From positions 11 to 64,010 of the forward strand of contig DAISYV010000001.1 in assembly GCA_036825115.1 (NCBI GenBank): a DNA stretch of 64,000 bases, given 5' to 3'. Made by a program: the position numbers and the translations under genes. The notes under the pieces are model-generated. The model ran no database searches. It worked only from the letters and a program-made list of their open reading frames with translations, and was not told where the DNA came from. Shown here piece by piece: positions 37,455 through 47,773 of the stretch (the stretch's first letter is position 1; each line of letters starts with the position of its first letter). The stretch comes from Anaerolineaceae bacterium. GTDB lineage: Bacteria; Chloroflexota; Anaerolineae; Anaerolineales; Anaerolineaceae.

Positions 37455-39452
37455 ATGACAAAAATCGATCTGGAAAAAGCACTGAATACCATTAGGTTTC
37501 TCTCAGCTGACGGCGTACAAAAAGCCAATTCTGGGCATACCGGGCTACCCATGGGGGCGGCCGCGCTTGCCTATAGCCTTTTTATGCGCCACATGAAGTA
37601 CAACCCGGTAGATCCTTCATGGTCAAATCGGGATCGCTTTGTACTTTCTGGCGGGCATGGCTCCATGTTGATTTACAGCATGCTTTACTTGACGGGGTAT
37701 GAAGTCTCGATTGAGGATCTGAAACAGTTCCGTCAATGGGGTTCCATCACACCTGGTCATCCTGAATGGGGGCATACGCCTGGTGTGGAAACCACCACCG
37801 GACCACTCGGTCAGGGTTTTGCAACTGGGGTGGGCATGGCGATTGCCGAGCAACACCTGGCAGCAATTTTTAACAAGCCAGATCACAAGATTGTGGATCA
37901 TTACACCTTTGGTATCGTCACTGACGGAGATTTGATGGAGGGCATAAGCTCCGAAGCAGCCTCTCTGGCCGGGCATCTTAAATTGGGTAAGTTGATCTAT
38001 CTGTATGATGACAATATGATCACCATTGAGGGCACAACCAAGCTGGCTTTCACTGAAGATGTCGCAAAAAGGTTTGAGTCGTATGGCTGGCATGTCCAGA
38101 GGGTTGCAGATGGAAACGATGTGGATGCAATCGATGAAGCGGTCACAGAAGCCAAAAAGGATCCACGCCCTTCGATAATTATTTGCCGTACTACCATCGG
38201 CTTCGGTCTTCCGAACAAGGCAAACACGCCAGGAATTCATGGTTCACCAGCCGGTAAGGAAGAATTGGCAAAAGCCAAGGAAAATGTGGGTTGGCCGGTT
38301 GAGCCAATGTTCCATGTTCCAGATGAAATTCTTCAACACTTCAGGTCAAGGCAGGAAGCCGGTAAAAAAGCCCAGGAAAATTGGGAGCATGTTTTTGAAG
38401 ATTATAGAGCCGCATTTCCGGAACTTGCCGCTGAATTTGAACGCAGGCTTACCGGGCAGTTACCCAAAGGGTGGGAGAAAACTCTGCCTGTATTCCCGGC
38501 AAGCGAGAAGGGTTTAGCATCCCGTGAAGCATCCGGAAAGGTTATAAACGCGATCTGTGGGGTGTTACCTGAATTATTTGGCGGTTCAGCAGATCTGGCG
38601 CCTTCATTAAAGACCTGGATGGATAAAGTGCCCGCATTCAGTCCGGAGACACCTGAAGGTCGAAATGTTCACTTCGGTGTCCGGGAAATTTCCATGGCTG
38701 CGATCGGTAACGGCTTACTGGTGCATGGAGGTTTTATACCTTACGTCGGGACTTTCCTGGTGTTTTCCGACTATGCCAGAGGATCGCTGCGTGTAGCCGC
38801 GCTTTCAAAAATGGGAGTTATCTGGGTTCTAACGCACGACTCCATCGCTGTCGGTGAAGATGGGCCGACACACCAGCCTATTGAGCATGTCATGAGCTTG
38901 CGGATTATTCCAGAATTGGTAGTCTTGAGACCAGGCGATGCCAATGAAGTCAGTGAATCGTGGAAGTATGCCATCGAACATCGCGACAGGCCAGTTGCTC
39001 TCATTTTGTCAAGACAGAATATGCCCACTCTTGACCGCAAGGTTTGTAAACCCGCAAGGGGTTTATCCAAAGGTGCTTACATCCTTTATGAAACTGAAGC
39101 TGGTACGCCCGATATCATCTTGATGGCAACTGGTTCTGAGTTGAATCTGGCTCTCGAAGCAGGCAAGAAACTCGAGAAACGAGGCCGCAAGGTACGGGTT
39201 GTTTCGTTCCCCAGCTGGGAACTTTTCGAGAAGCAAACAAAGAAATATCAGCAATCCGTACTTCCCCCCGAAGTTAAACGGCGTGTCTCGATTGAAGCAG
39301 GTGTAACTACAGGCTGGCAGAAGTATGTTGGTTCTGAAGGCGTCGCGATCGGTATCGACGAATTTGGCAAATGCGGACCAGGTGAGATTGTGCTGGAAAA
39401 GTTTGGTTTCACAGTCGAAAATGTAGAGAAATTCGCGCGAAAGCTATTTTAG
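37455..39452 (+). CDS. tkt: transketolase
   Basis: 665 aa with [18 protein letters not shown] and [16 protein letters not shown]. Confidence 0.96.
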   Translation: MTKIDLEKALNTIRFLSADGVQKANSGHTGLPMGAAALAYSLFMRHMKYNPVDPSWSNRDRFVLSGGHGSMLIYSMLYLTGYEVSIEDLKQFRQWGSITPGHPEWGHTPGVETTTGPLGQGFATGVGMAIAEQHLAAIFNKPDHKIVDHYTFGIVTDGDLMEGISSEAASLAGHLKLGKLIYLYDDNMITIEGTTKLAFTEDVAKRFESYGWHVQRVADGNDVDAIDEAVTEAKKDPRPSIIICRTTIGFGLPNKANTPGIHGSPAGKEELAKAKENVGWPVEPMFHVPDEILQHFRSRQEAGKKAQENWEHVFEDYRAAFPELAAEFERRLTGQLPKGWEKTLPVFPASEKGLASREASGKVINAICGVLPELFGGSADLAPSLKTWMDKVPAFSPETPEGRNVHFGVREISMAAIGNGLLVHGGFIPYVGTFLVFSDYARGSLRVAALSKMGVIWVLTHDSIAVGEDGPTHQPIEHVMSLRIIPELVVLRPGDANEVSESWKYAIEHRDRPVALILSRQNMPTLDRKVCKPARGLSKGAYILYETEAGTPDIILMATGSELNLALEAGKKLEKRGRKVRVVSFPSWELFEKQTKKYQQSVLPPEVKRRVSIEAGVTTGWQKYVGSEGVAIGIDEFGKCGPGEIVLEKFGFTVENVEKFARKLF

Positions 39453-39469
39453 TTATCTGGAGAGATGCG

Positions 39470-42220
39470 ATGAACCGATCAGAAATAATAAAGCAAGCAG
39501 GACAATCTGTCTGGTACGACAACATCGAACGCGGAATGCTGATGAATGGTGAAATGGCGCGAATGATCAAAGAGGGAGAGGTCTACGGGATCACATCCAA
39601 TCCAAGTATCTTTGAGAAATCTATCGGCAGCAGTGTAGCGTATGACGATACTCTTCAATCCATGGCTTGGGCAGGGCTGGGCAAGGATCAAATCTATCTC
39701 GAACTGGTCAGGCAAGATATTCAAGCGGCCGCTGATTTATTCCTTCCTGTCTACGAAGCGACTGATGGCGTTGACGGCATGGTTAGCGTTGAGATCAATC
39801 CTTTTCTTGCCTATGAAACGGAAAAGTCGATTGAGGATGGTCGTGCGTTATGGGCTCAGATGAACCGCAAAAACGTCATGATCAAAGTGCCTGCCACTAA
39901 AGCCGGGCTGCCTGTCATTGAGACCCTGATCAGCGAGGGTATAAACGTCAATGCCACGTTAATCTTCTCGATCCCAAGGTACCTGGAAGTGATGGAAGCC
40001 TATCTATTGGGTCTCGAGAAGCGGCTGGCAAACAAGCTTCCGATCGACCACATAGCCAGTGTTGCCTCATTCTTTGTTTCCCGGATTGATTCCCTTGTGG
40101 ATAGCCGGTTGCAGGAATATGTGGACGCAAATCCTCAGGCAACCGGGCAGGTGGCTGCTCTAGCCGGGAAAATAGCGGTTGATAACGCTCGGCTTGCATA
40201 CCAGGAATTCTTGAAATTCTTCGCCTCTGAACGTTTTGAGAATCTTAAGCAATACGGAGCCCAGGTGCAACGACCGCTGTGGGCATCAACAGGCACCAAG
40301 AACAAATCCTATTCAGATACTTTGTACGTGGATGAATTGATCGCGCCTGAAAGCGTAAACACGATTCCACCAGCGACTATAAGCGCGTTTCTTGACCATG
40401 GTGATACTGAAGTGAGAATTGAGCAAGACTTAGAAAGGGCAACCGAAAACTTCAACATGCTGCCAGATCTGGGTTTTGATTTCCTTCGAATAGCGCAGGA
40501 ACTTGAGGACAAAGGCGTTGAACAGTTCATGCAGGCTTATACCTCGCTGCTCGAAACCATTGAAATCAAGCGAGCATTCTTCAAGGCAGAGCTGGCTGAC
40601 TTGGGTGATGCAGTCCGGGCTTCCGTAAAGAAAGCCGCGGACGAGGTTTACGTGGGCAGCCTTTTTGACCATGAATCTTCATTTTGGACAACAGACAAGT
40701 CAGGACACAAGGAAATTCGGAATCGTCTGGGTTGGCTCAGTTTACCCGGTCAGCAAATTTCCATAATCGAGGAACTGACCGTATTCAAGGAAAAATTGCT
40801 TTCTGAAGGATTTGAGTATGCCTTTGTGCTTGGCATGGGCGGATCCTCATTGGCTCCGGAAGTGATGAGCCAGGCGATTGCACCTGTAAGCGAAAAGGGT
40901 CTGAAACTTAAGGTTATCGATACCACCAGCCCGGACGAAATTGCTTTCCGGCTACGCGGAATTGATCTGAAGAAGACAGTATTTATCATCTCGAGCAAGA
41001 GCGGGGGCACCAGTGAGACCATGTCTGCGTTTAAGTATTTTTGGGCCGAATTGGAAAAACTTGACCCTGAGAACGTTGGTCAGCATTTCGTGGCAATTAC
41101 TGACCCCAACACTTCCTTGCAAGACCTGGCCTACCGCAAAGGTTTCAGGAAGGTATTTAACACACGGCCGGATGTTGGCGGACGGTATTCAGTGTTCACC
41201 CATTTTGGGCTGGTGCCGGCAGCAGTGATGGGCATTGATTTGCATATGCTGCTTGCACAAGGCAACGCTTCCGACCTTCAGAGCCGTAAAAACGTGCCAT
41301 ATCCGGCGAATCCAAACCTGATGCTGGGATTGGTGCTGGGTGAGGCTGCAAAGCACGGAAAAGACAAATTAACCTTCATTTCTGAAGGTTTTACTGGCAA
41401 CCTGGTTCCGTGGCTTGAGCAGTTGATCGCTGAAAGCAGCGGCAAAGAGGGCAAGGGCATTCTGCCGATAGAGAATGAACCTATCCTGGTCGGTCAAAGC
41501 TATCCTCACGATCGAATCTTTGTCTACCTCAAGACTGATGGAACCAAAGCGGGACTGGTAGATGAATTGAAAACAGATGGGCATGTTGTTTTGACAATTA
41601 CCGTGCCTGAACCATACGCGCTTGCCAAAGAGTTTTATCGCTGGGAATACGCAACAGTGATTGCTTGCGCGGTGCTGCAAGTGAATGCGTTTGACCAACC
41701 AAATGTGCAGCTGAGCAAAACAATTGCCAAAGATGTGATCACCGCTTACCAGAAGAACGGTAAGTTGGAGGACGGAGAACCGATCTGGGAGAACGATGAA
41801 GCGGTCGTTTTCGGCCTCAGAAATGAAGAAGCCTTGAAAGCAACAGACCTCAAATCCTTGCTATTGGCTTATGCCAGTACAGTCCCAGGGAATGGTTATG
41901 TTGTATTGAGTGGATTTATCCCCCGCCTTGAGGAGAACTTCGCATTCCTGCAGACCTTGCGGGGAAAAATCTTGAACGTGGTCAATAAAGCGACAACTTT
42001 GGGTTTTGGGCCGCGCTTCCTGCATTCGACAGGGCAACTCCACAAGGGTGGGCAGCCTGGCGGATTGTTTATCCACTTCACGAAAGATGCTGAATTGGAT
42101 TTTGAAATCCCTGGCGAGGGAATGAGCTTTGGCACACTGCAGAGGGCACAAGCCTTGGGCGATCTGCAGGCACTGGTGCAGAAAGATCGCCACGTTCTAC
42201 GGGTTCATCTTAAGAATTAA
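39470..42220 (+). CDS. bifunctional transaldolase / glucose-6-phosphate isomerase fusion
   Basis: N-terminal ~370 aa transaldolase (QSVWYDNIERG..GITSNPSIF..MIKVPAT). C-terminal ~540 aa PGI (VLGMGGSSLAPEV..SKSGGTSET). Confidence 0.88.
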   Translation: MNRSEIIKQAGQSVWYDNIERGMLMNGEMARMIKEGEVYGITSNPSIFEKSIGSSVAYDDTLQSMAWAGLGKDQIYLELVRQDIQAAADLFLPVYEATDGVDGMVSVEINPFLAYETEKSIEDGRALWAQMNRKNVMIKVPATKAGLPVIETLISEGINVNATLIFSIPRYLEVMEAYLLGLEKRLANKLPIDHIASVASFFVSRIDSLVDSRLQEYVDANPQATGQVAALAGKIAVDNARLAYQEFLKFFASERFENLKQYGAQVQRPLWASTGTKNKSYSDTLYVDELIAPESVNTIPPATISAFLDHGDTEVRIEQDLERATENFNMLPDLGFDFLRIAQELEDKGVEQFMQAYTSLLETIEIKRAFFKAELADLGDAVRASVKKAADEVYVGSLFDHESSFWTTDKSGHKEIRNRLGWLSLPGQQISIIEELTVFKEKLLSEGFEYAFVLGMGGSSLAPEVMSQAIAPVSEKGLKLKVIDTTSPDEIAFRLRGIDLKKTVFIISSKSGGTSETMSAFKYFWAELEKLDPENVGQHFVAITDPNTSLQDLAYRKGFRKVFNTRPDVGGRYSVFTHFGLVPAAVMGIDLHMLLAQGNASDLQSRKNVPYPANPNLMLGLVLGEAAKHGKDKLTFISEGFTGNLVPWLEQLIAESSGKEGKGILPIENEPILVGQSYPHDRIFVYLKTDGTKAGLVDELKTDGHVVLTITVPEPYALAKEFYRWEYATVIACAVLQVNAFDQPNVQLSKTIAKDVITAYQKNGKLEDGEPIWENDEAVVFGLRNEEALKATDLKSLLLAYASTVPGNGYVVLSGFIPRLEENFAFLQTLRGKILNVVNKATTLGFGPRFLHSTGQLHKGGQPGGLFIHFTKDAELDFEIPGEGMSFGTLQRAQALGDLQALVQKDRHVLRVHLKN

Positions 42221-42236
42221 TGGATTACAAGGCTAG

Positions 42237-42270
42237 AAAAGGCGGTGGTGTAAGCCACTGCCTTTTGGTT
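42237..42270 (+). terminator. rho-independent terminator after tal-pgi
   Basis: AAAAGGCGGTGG-tgtaag-CCACTGCCTTTT (12 bp, one G-U pair) followed by a T-rich tract. Confidence 0.75.
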
Positions 42271-42291
42271 TAATCGCAGGTGATCCGCCAT

Positions 42292-42321
42292 TTGGGACGT
42301 CAGGATGAATCATTGTATAAT
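42292..42321 (+). promoter_or_regulatory. sigma70-like promoter (-35 TTGGGA, 18-nt spacer, -10 TATAAT) for ruvX-mltG-ppgK
   Basis: Read directly from the sequence, 35 nt upstream of TTG 42356. Confidence 0.45.
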
Positions 42322-42355
42322 TTTTGAAATTGGCTGACAAGAAACGGACATTGAA

Positions 42356-42790
42356 TTGAAAATCCTTGGAATTGATCATGGAAATGTGAGAATAGGAGTC
42401 GCGATTAGCGACGAAACTGGCAGCTTTGCCCGACCGCTGACCATCATCACGCATGTCTCCCGGGCACAGGACGCTGAAGAAGTATGCAAACTTTGTGAAG
42501 AACATGACTGCGGCATGATCGTGGTTGGCATTCCTTATGATTCAAACAGCAGTGAAGGGCCGAGAGCTCGTTCGGTATTGCGATTTGTGGCACAATTACA
42601 GTCCGTCTCAAGTGTCCCTGTCCTGACATGGGATGAGTCCTTCTCATCACAGAAAATAATTGCCACCAGCATCCAGATGAAAAAAAATCGCAGTTCACGC
42701 CGCGAGGCGCTTGACGATAAAGCTGCCGCGGCAATTTTGCAGGGTTATCTTGACTACCAGGACAAATACACCGGGAGTGACGATGTCTAG
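42356..42790 (+). CDS. ruvX: Holliday junction resolvase-like / pre-16S rRNA nuclease RuvX (YqgF)
   Basis: (M)KILGIDHGNVRIGVAISDE; 144 aa; TTG start. Confidence 0.88.
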   Translation: MKILGIDHGNVRIGVAISDETGSFARPLTIITHVSRAQDAEEVCKLCEEHDCGMIVVGIPYDSNSSEGPRARSVLRFVAQLQSVSSVPVLTWDESFSSQKIIATSIQMKKNRSSRREALDDKAAAAILQGYLDYQDKYTGSDDV

Positions 42791-43910
42791 AAAACGCAAA
42801 CCCACTTTCCTGATCATTCTCCTTCTGCTGGCATTTTCCCTCGCGGCAGGATTGGTTTACGTGAATTACCAGGTCAGGGAGGCATTTGGTTTACCTGGAA
42901 AGTCGGTAGGCGCCATATCTGCCTTAAAGCATAGTTTTTTGCTTTTCAGAGGTGAAGAACAAATGCTTATCGCGGCGCCTGGCAGTGGATTGTCCGAAGA
43001 AAAGGTGACCATTGAGCCAGATCAATCCATTCAGCAGCTTTGTTCAACTTTGGAGCAAAGAAAACTGGTCGAATCGGGCAATTTGACCTGTACTTACCTC
43101 ATATATTCGGGAAAGGATCGGAATATTCAGCCAGGTAACTATACAATTCCGATCGGCTTGAGTGGTGTCGAGGTTGCTGACTTGATCTCGGATATCTCCC
43201 GGAGGGACAAACAATTTATCATCTATGCCGGCTGGAGACTGGAAGAAATTGCTGCCATGGTAGACGGATTGGGTTTACCCTTCACTGGGACAGATTTTTT
43301 GACACTTGTAACGGCACCACCGGATTCGTACAGGCAGCAGCTTCAGATCCCACAGTGGATGAGTCTTGAAGGTTACTTCTTTCCGGGTAATTACAGCGTA
43401 AAGCCCGACATTACGCTTGAGGAATTCGTGGCAGAGATCCTCACCCGATTCAAGACAACTGTGCTCACTCCAGAATTTGAAAATCAATTACAAAGCAGCG
43501 GTTTGACGCTGCACCAAGCCATCACGATGGCATCCATCATTCAGCGGGAGACTTTAGCTGAGGATGAAATGCCAACCATTGCTTCCGTGTTTTACAACCG
43601 CCTGGCGATTGGGATGCAGCTAGAGACCGATCCGACTGTACAATATGCATTGGGGTACGACGCGCAAATAAATACTTGGTGGAAAAGTCCATTGACTTAC
43701 ACCGATTTAGAGATAAATTCGCCTTATAATACATACCGTAATCCTGGCTTACCGCCCGGACCTATTTCTAACCCGAGCTTGGCAGCGCTTAACGCAGCGG
43801 TTGCCCCAGCTAAGACAGAATTTTTATTTTTTAGAGCAAAATGTGATGGCAGTTTGACACATAACTTTTCTAAAACTTATGAAGAACACTTGAACTTTGG
43901 ATGTGACTAA
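42783..43910 (+). CDS. mltG: endolytic murein transglycosylase MltG (YceG-like)
   Basis: N-terminal TM, ASIIQRET, and YNTYRNPGLPPGPISNPS. ATG 42783 overlaps the ruvX stop. Confidence 0.9.
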   Translation: MSRKRKPTFLIILLLLAFSLAAGLVYVNYQVREAFGLPGKSVGAISALKHSFLLFRGEEQMLIAAPGSGLSEEKVTIEPDQSIQQLCSTLEQRKLVESGNLTCTYLIYSGKDRNIQPGNYTIPIGLSGVEVADLISDISRRDKQFIIYAGWRLEEIAAMVDGLGLPFTGTDFLTLVTAPPDSYRQQLQIPQWMSLEGYFFPGNYSVKPDITLEEFVAEILTRFKTTVLTPEFENQLQSSGLTLHQAITMASIIQRETLAEDEMPTIASVFYNRLAIGMQLETDPTVQYALGYDAQINTWWKSPLTYTDLEINSPYNTYRNPGLPPGPISNPSLAALNAAVAPAKTEFLFFRAKCDGSLTHNFSKTYEEHLNFGCD

Positions 43911-43920
43911 AGGAGGAGAA

Positions 43921-44670
43921 ATGCAAGTATTAGGAATTGATATCGGGGGTTCAGCAACCAAAGGCGCGATTGTGGACACTGAGACGGGTCTGTTGGTTTC
44001 AGAACGGGTTCGGATTGCCTACAAGACTATCCAGGAGCCGGCCGTTATTGTAAAAAGCATTAACAAGATCAAGAAAGAATTGAATTATGAAGGTCCCATA
44101 GGCGCGGGTTTTCCAGGCGTTGTGAAGCACGGTCAGATCTTCACATCGGCTAACCTCCACAAAGACTGGATCGGTAAGAACCTGGAAACCATGATCACTG
44201 AAAAAACCGGGCAGCCGGCTGTGGTCCTGAATGATGCGGACGCTGCCGGATTGGCTGAGATGCGTTTTGGGGATGAGGCATTGAAACTGTACGATGTCGT
44301 CATGTTCCTCACGATTGGTACAGGAGTTGGTACAGCCATATTCGTTAATGGTAAGTTGCTGCCCAACACAGAACTCGGTCACATTGAGATCCGCGGTAAG
44401 GAAGCAGAGCATCGTGCCTCTGGAGCTGTCAAGACCAAGGAAAAATTGTCCTGGAAGGAATGGACCTCCCGTTTTAACAACGTTTTACTGACCTATGAAG
44501 CACTGCTTAATCCCGAAATCTTTGTTCTCGGTGGCGGCATCAGCGGTGATTTTGAGAAGTACTCCAAGTATTTCACAACCGAAGCTCCTGTAGTAGCGGC
44601 CAAACTGCTAAATTTGGCTGGCATCGTGGGTGCCGCAATGGCAGCTCACGAAAAGTATCCCCAGGGTTAA
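43921..44670 (+). CDS. ppgK: ROK family polyphosphate/ATP glucokinase
   Basis: MQVLGIDIGGSATKGAIVD, DADAAGLAE, and GHIEI. The SD AGGAGG lies before ATG 43921. Confidence 0.8.
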   Translation: MQVLGIDIGGSATKGAIVDTETGLLVSERVRIAYKTIQEPAVIVKSINKIKKELNYEGPIGAGFPGVVKHGQIFTSANLHKDWIGKNLETMITEKTGQPAVVLNDADAAGLAEMRFGDEALKLYDVVMFLTIGTGVGTAIFVNGKLLPNTELGHIEIRGKEAEHRASGAVKTKEKLSWKEWTSRFNNVLLTYEALLNPEIFVLGGGISGDFEKYSKYFTTEAPVVAAKLLNLAGIVGAAMAAHEKYPQG

Positions 44671-44674
44671 AACG

Positions 44675-44714
44675 AAAAAAGAGGTTGAAAAATTAGAAAT
44701 CAACCTCTTTTTTG
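44675..44714. terminator. bidirectional rho-independent terminator between ppgK and malQ
   Basis: AAAAGAGGTTGA-aaaattagaaa-TCAACCTCTTTT, with A-run and T-run flanks. Confidence 0.85.
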
Positions 44715-44730
44715 ATTCTTAATTAAGCTG

Positions 44731-46290
44731 TTAGTGCGGTTTTACCGTGTCAATGGTCTCAGATTGGTGTTTTAAAGTATTCTTTTCAATTTCCTTTTCC
44801 GTAAGACGGCTGTAAAGGAAGTTAAGCTGATATATCTGGTCTTTTAACTCGCTGCTGAGTGCCCGCTTTGACATGCGCCACGACCAGTTGCCCGAAGCGC
44901 ATCCGGGCAGGTTCATGCGGGCTTCGGAACCCAAACCAAGGAAATCCTGCATCGGAGCAACAGCAAATCTGGCAACTGATCTCCAGACCTCTCTTATCAT
45001 CCTATCAGGAACTTCACTTTCGTTTGCCCCGAGATAATCCAGGCAGAATTGTTTTTCCTTCGGAGTGGCGTGGTCAAACCATCCCTGGGCGGTTTCGTTA
45101 TCGTGCGAACCTGTGTATGCAAAACAATTAACGGGATAATGATGGGGGAGGAAGTTATCTTCAGGATCGCCGCTAAAGGCAAACTGGAGGATTTTCATAC
45201 CAGGGAAACCAAACCCATCGCGCAGTTCTTCAACATCAGGTGTGATGACACCCAAATCTTCTGCAATAATCGGTAGGTCCGGGAAACGTCTCTTGAGTTC
45301 AGTGAAAAGTGCAAGCCCAGGGCTCTTGATCCACTCGCCATGGATAGCAGTTTCTGAGCCGAAAGGCACATGCCAGGCTGCGGCAAAACCGCGGAAGTGA
45401 TCAAGCCGTACAAGGTCAACCATGGAGAGGACTGTACCCAGGCGACGAGCCCACCAGTCATAGCCCTGCTGAGCATGGATTGGCCAGTTGTACAGGGGAT
45501 TACCCCAAAGCTGCCCGGTAACTGAGAAGTAATCCGGCGGCACACCAGCCACCATAGTAGGTGAGAGAGATTCGTCCATCAGGAAGAGCTGCGGGTTAGC
45601 CCAGGTGTCAGCACTGTCCAGGGCAATCACAAAGGGCATGTCTCCTATGATGCGAATTTCTTTGGAGTGGGCGTAATTTTTGAGGTTTTGCCATTGTTGA
45701 TTAAAAAGGAATTGGCTGAACTTGACTTTCTCGATCACAGTCGCCAGCTCCTGGCAAATTTGTTCCAGAGCGGCTGCTTCCCGGAACTTCAGCGCTTTTG
45801 GCCAATCCAACCAGGATTGGCCAGCCTGGGATTCTTTGATAGCCATGAACAAGCTGTAGTCATCCAACCATTCGGAATTATTTAATTCAAATTGCTTGAA
45901 TCGGGTTGTGATTTCAGCGGAGTGCAAATTTAAGTAATTCTCGTAAGCCACATCCAGTAGATGATTCTTCCACTGGATGACTGGTCCAAAATCCACCGTT
46001 GTTTCAGGGAATTCCGGTCGTTGGCGCAGATCGGATGACTTTAGCAATCCAGACTCAAGCAAGAGAATTGGGCTTACCAGAAACGGATTGCCCGCAAAGG
46101 CAGAGAAACACTGGTAGGGAGAATCACCGTAACCTGTTGGCCCAAGCGGCAGGATTTGCCACATTTGTGTGCCTGAATCGTGGAGGAAATCGATCCAACG
46201 GTAAGCTTCAGGACCTAAATCGCCAATTCCATCCGGGCTGGGGAGGCTGGTGGGGTGGAGCAAAATACCCGAAGAACGTTCAAGTTTCAT
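44731..46290 (-). CDS. malQ: 4-alpha-glucanotransferase (amylomaltase)
   Basis: RSSGILLHPTSLPSPDGIGDLG, DHFRGF, IAEDLG and TGSHDN. Confidence 0.93.
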   Translation of the reverse strand: MKLERSSGILLHPTSLPSPDGIGDLGPEAYRWIDFLHDSGTQMWQILPLGPTGYGDSPYQCFSAFAGNPFLVSPILLLESGLLKSSDLRQRPEFPETTVDFGPVIQWKNHLLDVAYENYLNLHSAEITTRFKQFELNNSEWLDDYSLFMAIKESQAGQSWLDWPKALKFREAAALEQICQELATVIEKVKFSQFLFNQQWQNLKNYAHSKEIRIIGDMPFVIALDSADTWANPQLFLMDESLSPTMVAGVPPDYFSVTGQLWGNPLYNWPIHAQQGYDWWARRLGTVLSMVDLVRLDHFRGFAAAWHVPFGSETAIHGEWIKSPGLALFTELKRRFPDLPIIAEDLGVITPDVEELRDGFGFPGMKILQFAFSGDPEDNFLPHHYPVNCFAYTGSHDNETAQGWFDHATPKEKQFCLDYLGANESEVPDRMIREVWRSVARFAVAPMQDFLGLGSEARMNLPGCASGNWSWRMSKRALSSELKDQIYQLNFLYSRLTEKEIEKNTLKHQSETIDTVKPH

Positions 46291-46314
46291 AGAGAAAACC
46301 CTTTCAGAAACTGG

Positions 46315-47757
46315 TTAAGCCAGAATTTTTTGGTAGACATCGAGATATTTGCTCGCGGAAATTTTCCAGGAGAAGTGGGTGCTCATCGCGTTCCGGCGCA
46401 TGATTGCCCATGATCTTTTGTATTCATAGATCTTTAAGGCGAGTTGAAGCGCTTGCTCCAGACCCGCTTCGTTCTTTTCCGGATAAAGAAATCCGGTGGC
46501 GATACTCAGGTCGGATGAGTAATCGAGAATCGAGTCAGCCAAACCGCCGGTGCTTGTCGCGACTGGCAGGTTGCCGTAACGCATCGCGAACATTTGCGAA
46601 AGTCCACAGGGCTCATACAGACTTGGCATTAGAAATATATCGCCGCTTGCGTATAGCATACGAGCAATTACGTCGTCATACTTGATGATGCAGGCTATTC
46701 GGTCAGGGTATTTTGCGCTGAGCTCATTCGCCACGCGCTCAAGCTCTGGGTCGCCGGTGCCTAAAAGCGCGAATTGCCAGACCTGATCCAGGAGTGTTGG
46801 GAGAACCTTGAGGATCGTGTCGATACCCTTCTGCCGATCCAGGCGGCTGACAGTTGTCAGGAGCGGGATGTCGGGGTTGACTTCAAATCCGAGAGCCTTT
46901 TGCAGGTCAAGTTTGTTTTTGAACTTGCCTTCTATGTTGTCAAGGCTGAAATTGCTCGAAATTGCCTTATCTGTCGCTGGGTCCCATTTGGATTCATCTA
47001 TGCCGTTGAGGATCCCTATGACTTTGTCGCTATGTTTCTCCAGGTAATCTTCGATACCACAACCATATTCAGGCGTCAGAATCTCCTTGGCATAATTTGG
47101 AGAGACGGCTATAAACTTATCTGCAGCTGAAAGTCCCATTGGCAGGGGGGTAAATTTGGCCCAATCAGGCAGGTCGGGATCGCTGCTGGGTTCCAAGCCA
47201 AGAGCAATCATGGCTTCCTGGGATCCCCATCCATTAAACGGTAAATTATGAACTGAGAGGATGGTTTTCACGCCTGCAAAAAATGGATCGCTGGCGTAGG
47301 TCGTCTTCAGGGCGTGTACCGCTAGGGCAGTGTGCCAATCATTGGCATGCAGTAAATCGATCTTCCAATCAAGGTAGCGCACGGCTTCCAAAAGCGCCAG
47401 GGAAAAGGTGACGTATTTCATTCCATCGAGCGTCCAATCGCCATGGTAAACCGGCGAGTCATGATTGATAAACTCATTGTCGAGCAGGTAAACCGGTACA
47501 CCACTGATCTCGCTAACGAACAGATCGGTAGCAATGGAACGTCCATTTGCCTCAAAAGAGAAGTTTCCTACAAGGCGGTGGGGGGGGTTCAATTTTTTAA
47601 CGGCTGCGTGAAACGGCATAATCAGTCGAATATTAAGAGCGCCGGCAGCCAGATCCCTCAAAGCTGGAGGAAGCGCGCCAGAAACATCCCCCAAACCGCC
47701 GACTTTTGCGAAGGGTGCAGCTTCAGCTGAAGCAAATAGTACGTTGATCGGGTCCAT
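46315..47757 (-). CDS. glgA: glycogen synthase (ADP-glucose type)
   Basis: INVLFASAEAAPFAKVGGLGDV and the PSLYEPCGLSQM motif. I prefer ATG 47757 (SD GAGGT) to track start 47784. Confidence 0.93.
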   Translation of the reverse strand: MDPINVLFASAEAAPFAKVGGLGDVSGALPPALRDLAAGALNIRLIMPFHAAVKKLNPPHRLVGNFSFEANGRSIATDLFVSEISGVPVYLLDNEFINHDSPVYHGDWTLDGMKYVTFSLALLEAVRYLDWKIDLLHANDWHTALAVHALKTTYASDPFFAGVKTILSVHNLPFNGWGSQEAMIALGLEPSSDPDLPDWAKFTPLPMGLSAADKFIAVSPNYAKEILTPEYGCGIEDYLEKHSDKVIGILNGIDESKWDPATDKAISSNFSLDNIEGKFKNKLDLQKALGFEVNPDIPLLTTVSRLDRQKGIDTILKVLPTLLDQVWQFALLGTGDPELERVANELSAKYPDRIACIIKYDDVIARMLYASGDIFLMPSLYEPCGLSQMFAMRYGNLPVATSTGGLADSILDYSSDLSIATGFLYPEKNEAGLEQALQLALKIYEYKRSWAIMRRNAMSTHFSWKISASKYLDVYQKILA

Positions 47758-47773
47758 CGTTACCTCTAATGTT

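Noticed and set aside
47580-47587. Homopolymer tracts as phase-variation switches: G8 inside glgA, T8 at 63004-63011 (A8 just after the lipoprotein start codon), A8 in ruvX near 42682
   Set aside because: Eight-nucleotide runs occur in ordinary housekeeping genes here, and all are in frame. Nothing distinguishes them from chance or codon-driven runs (Lys AAA, Pro CCC). Without population data there is no support for switching.
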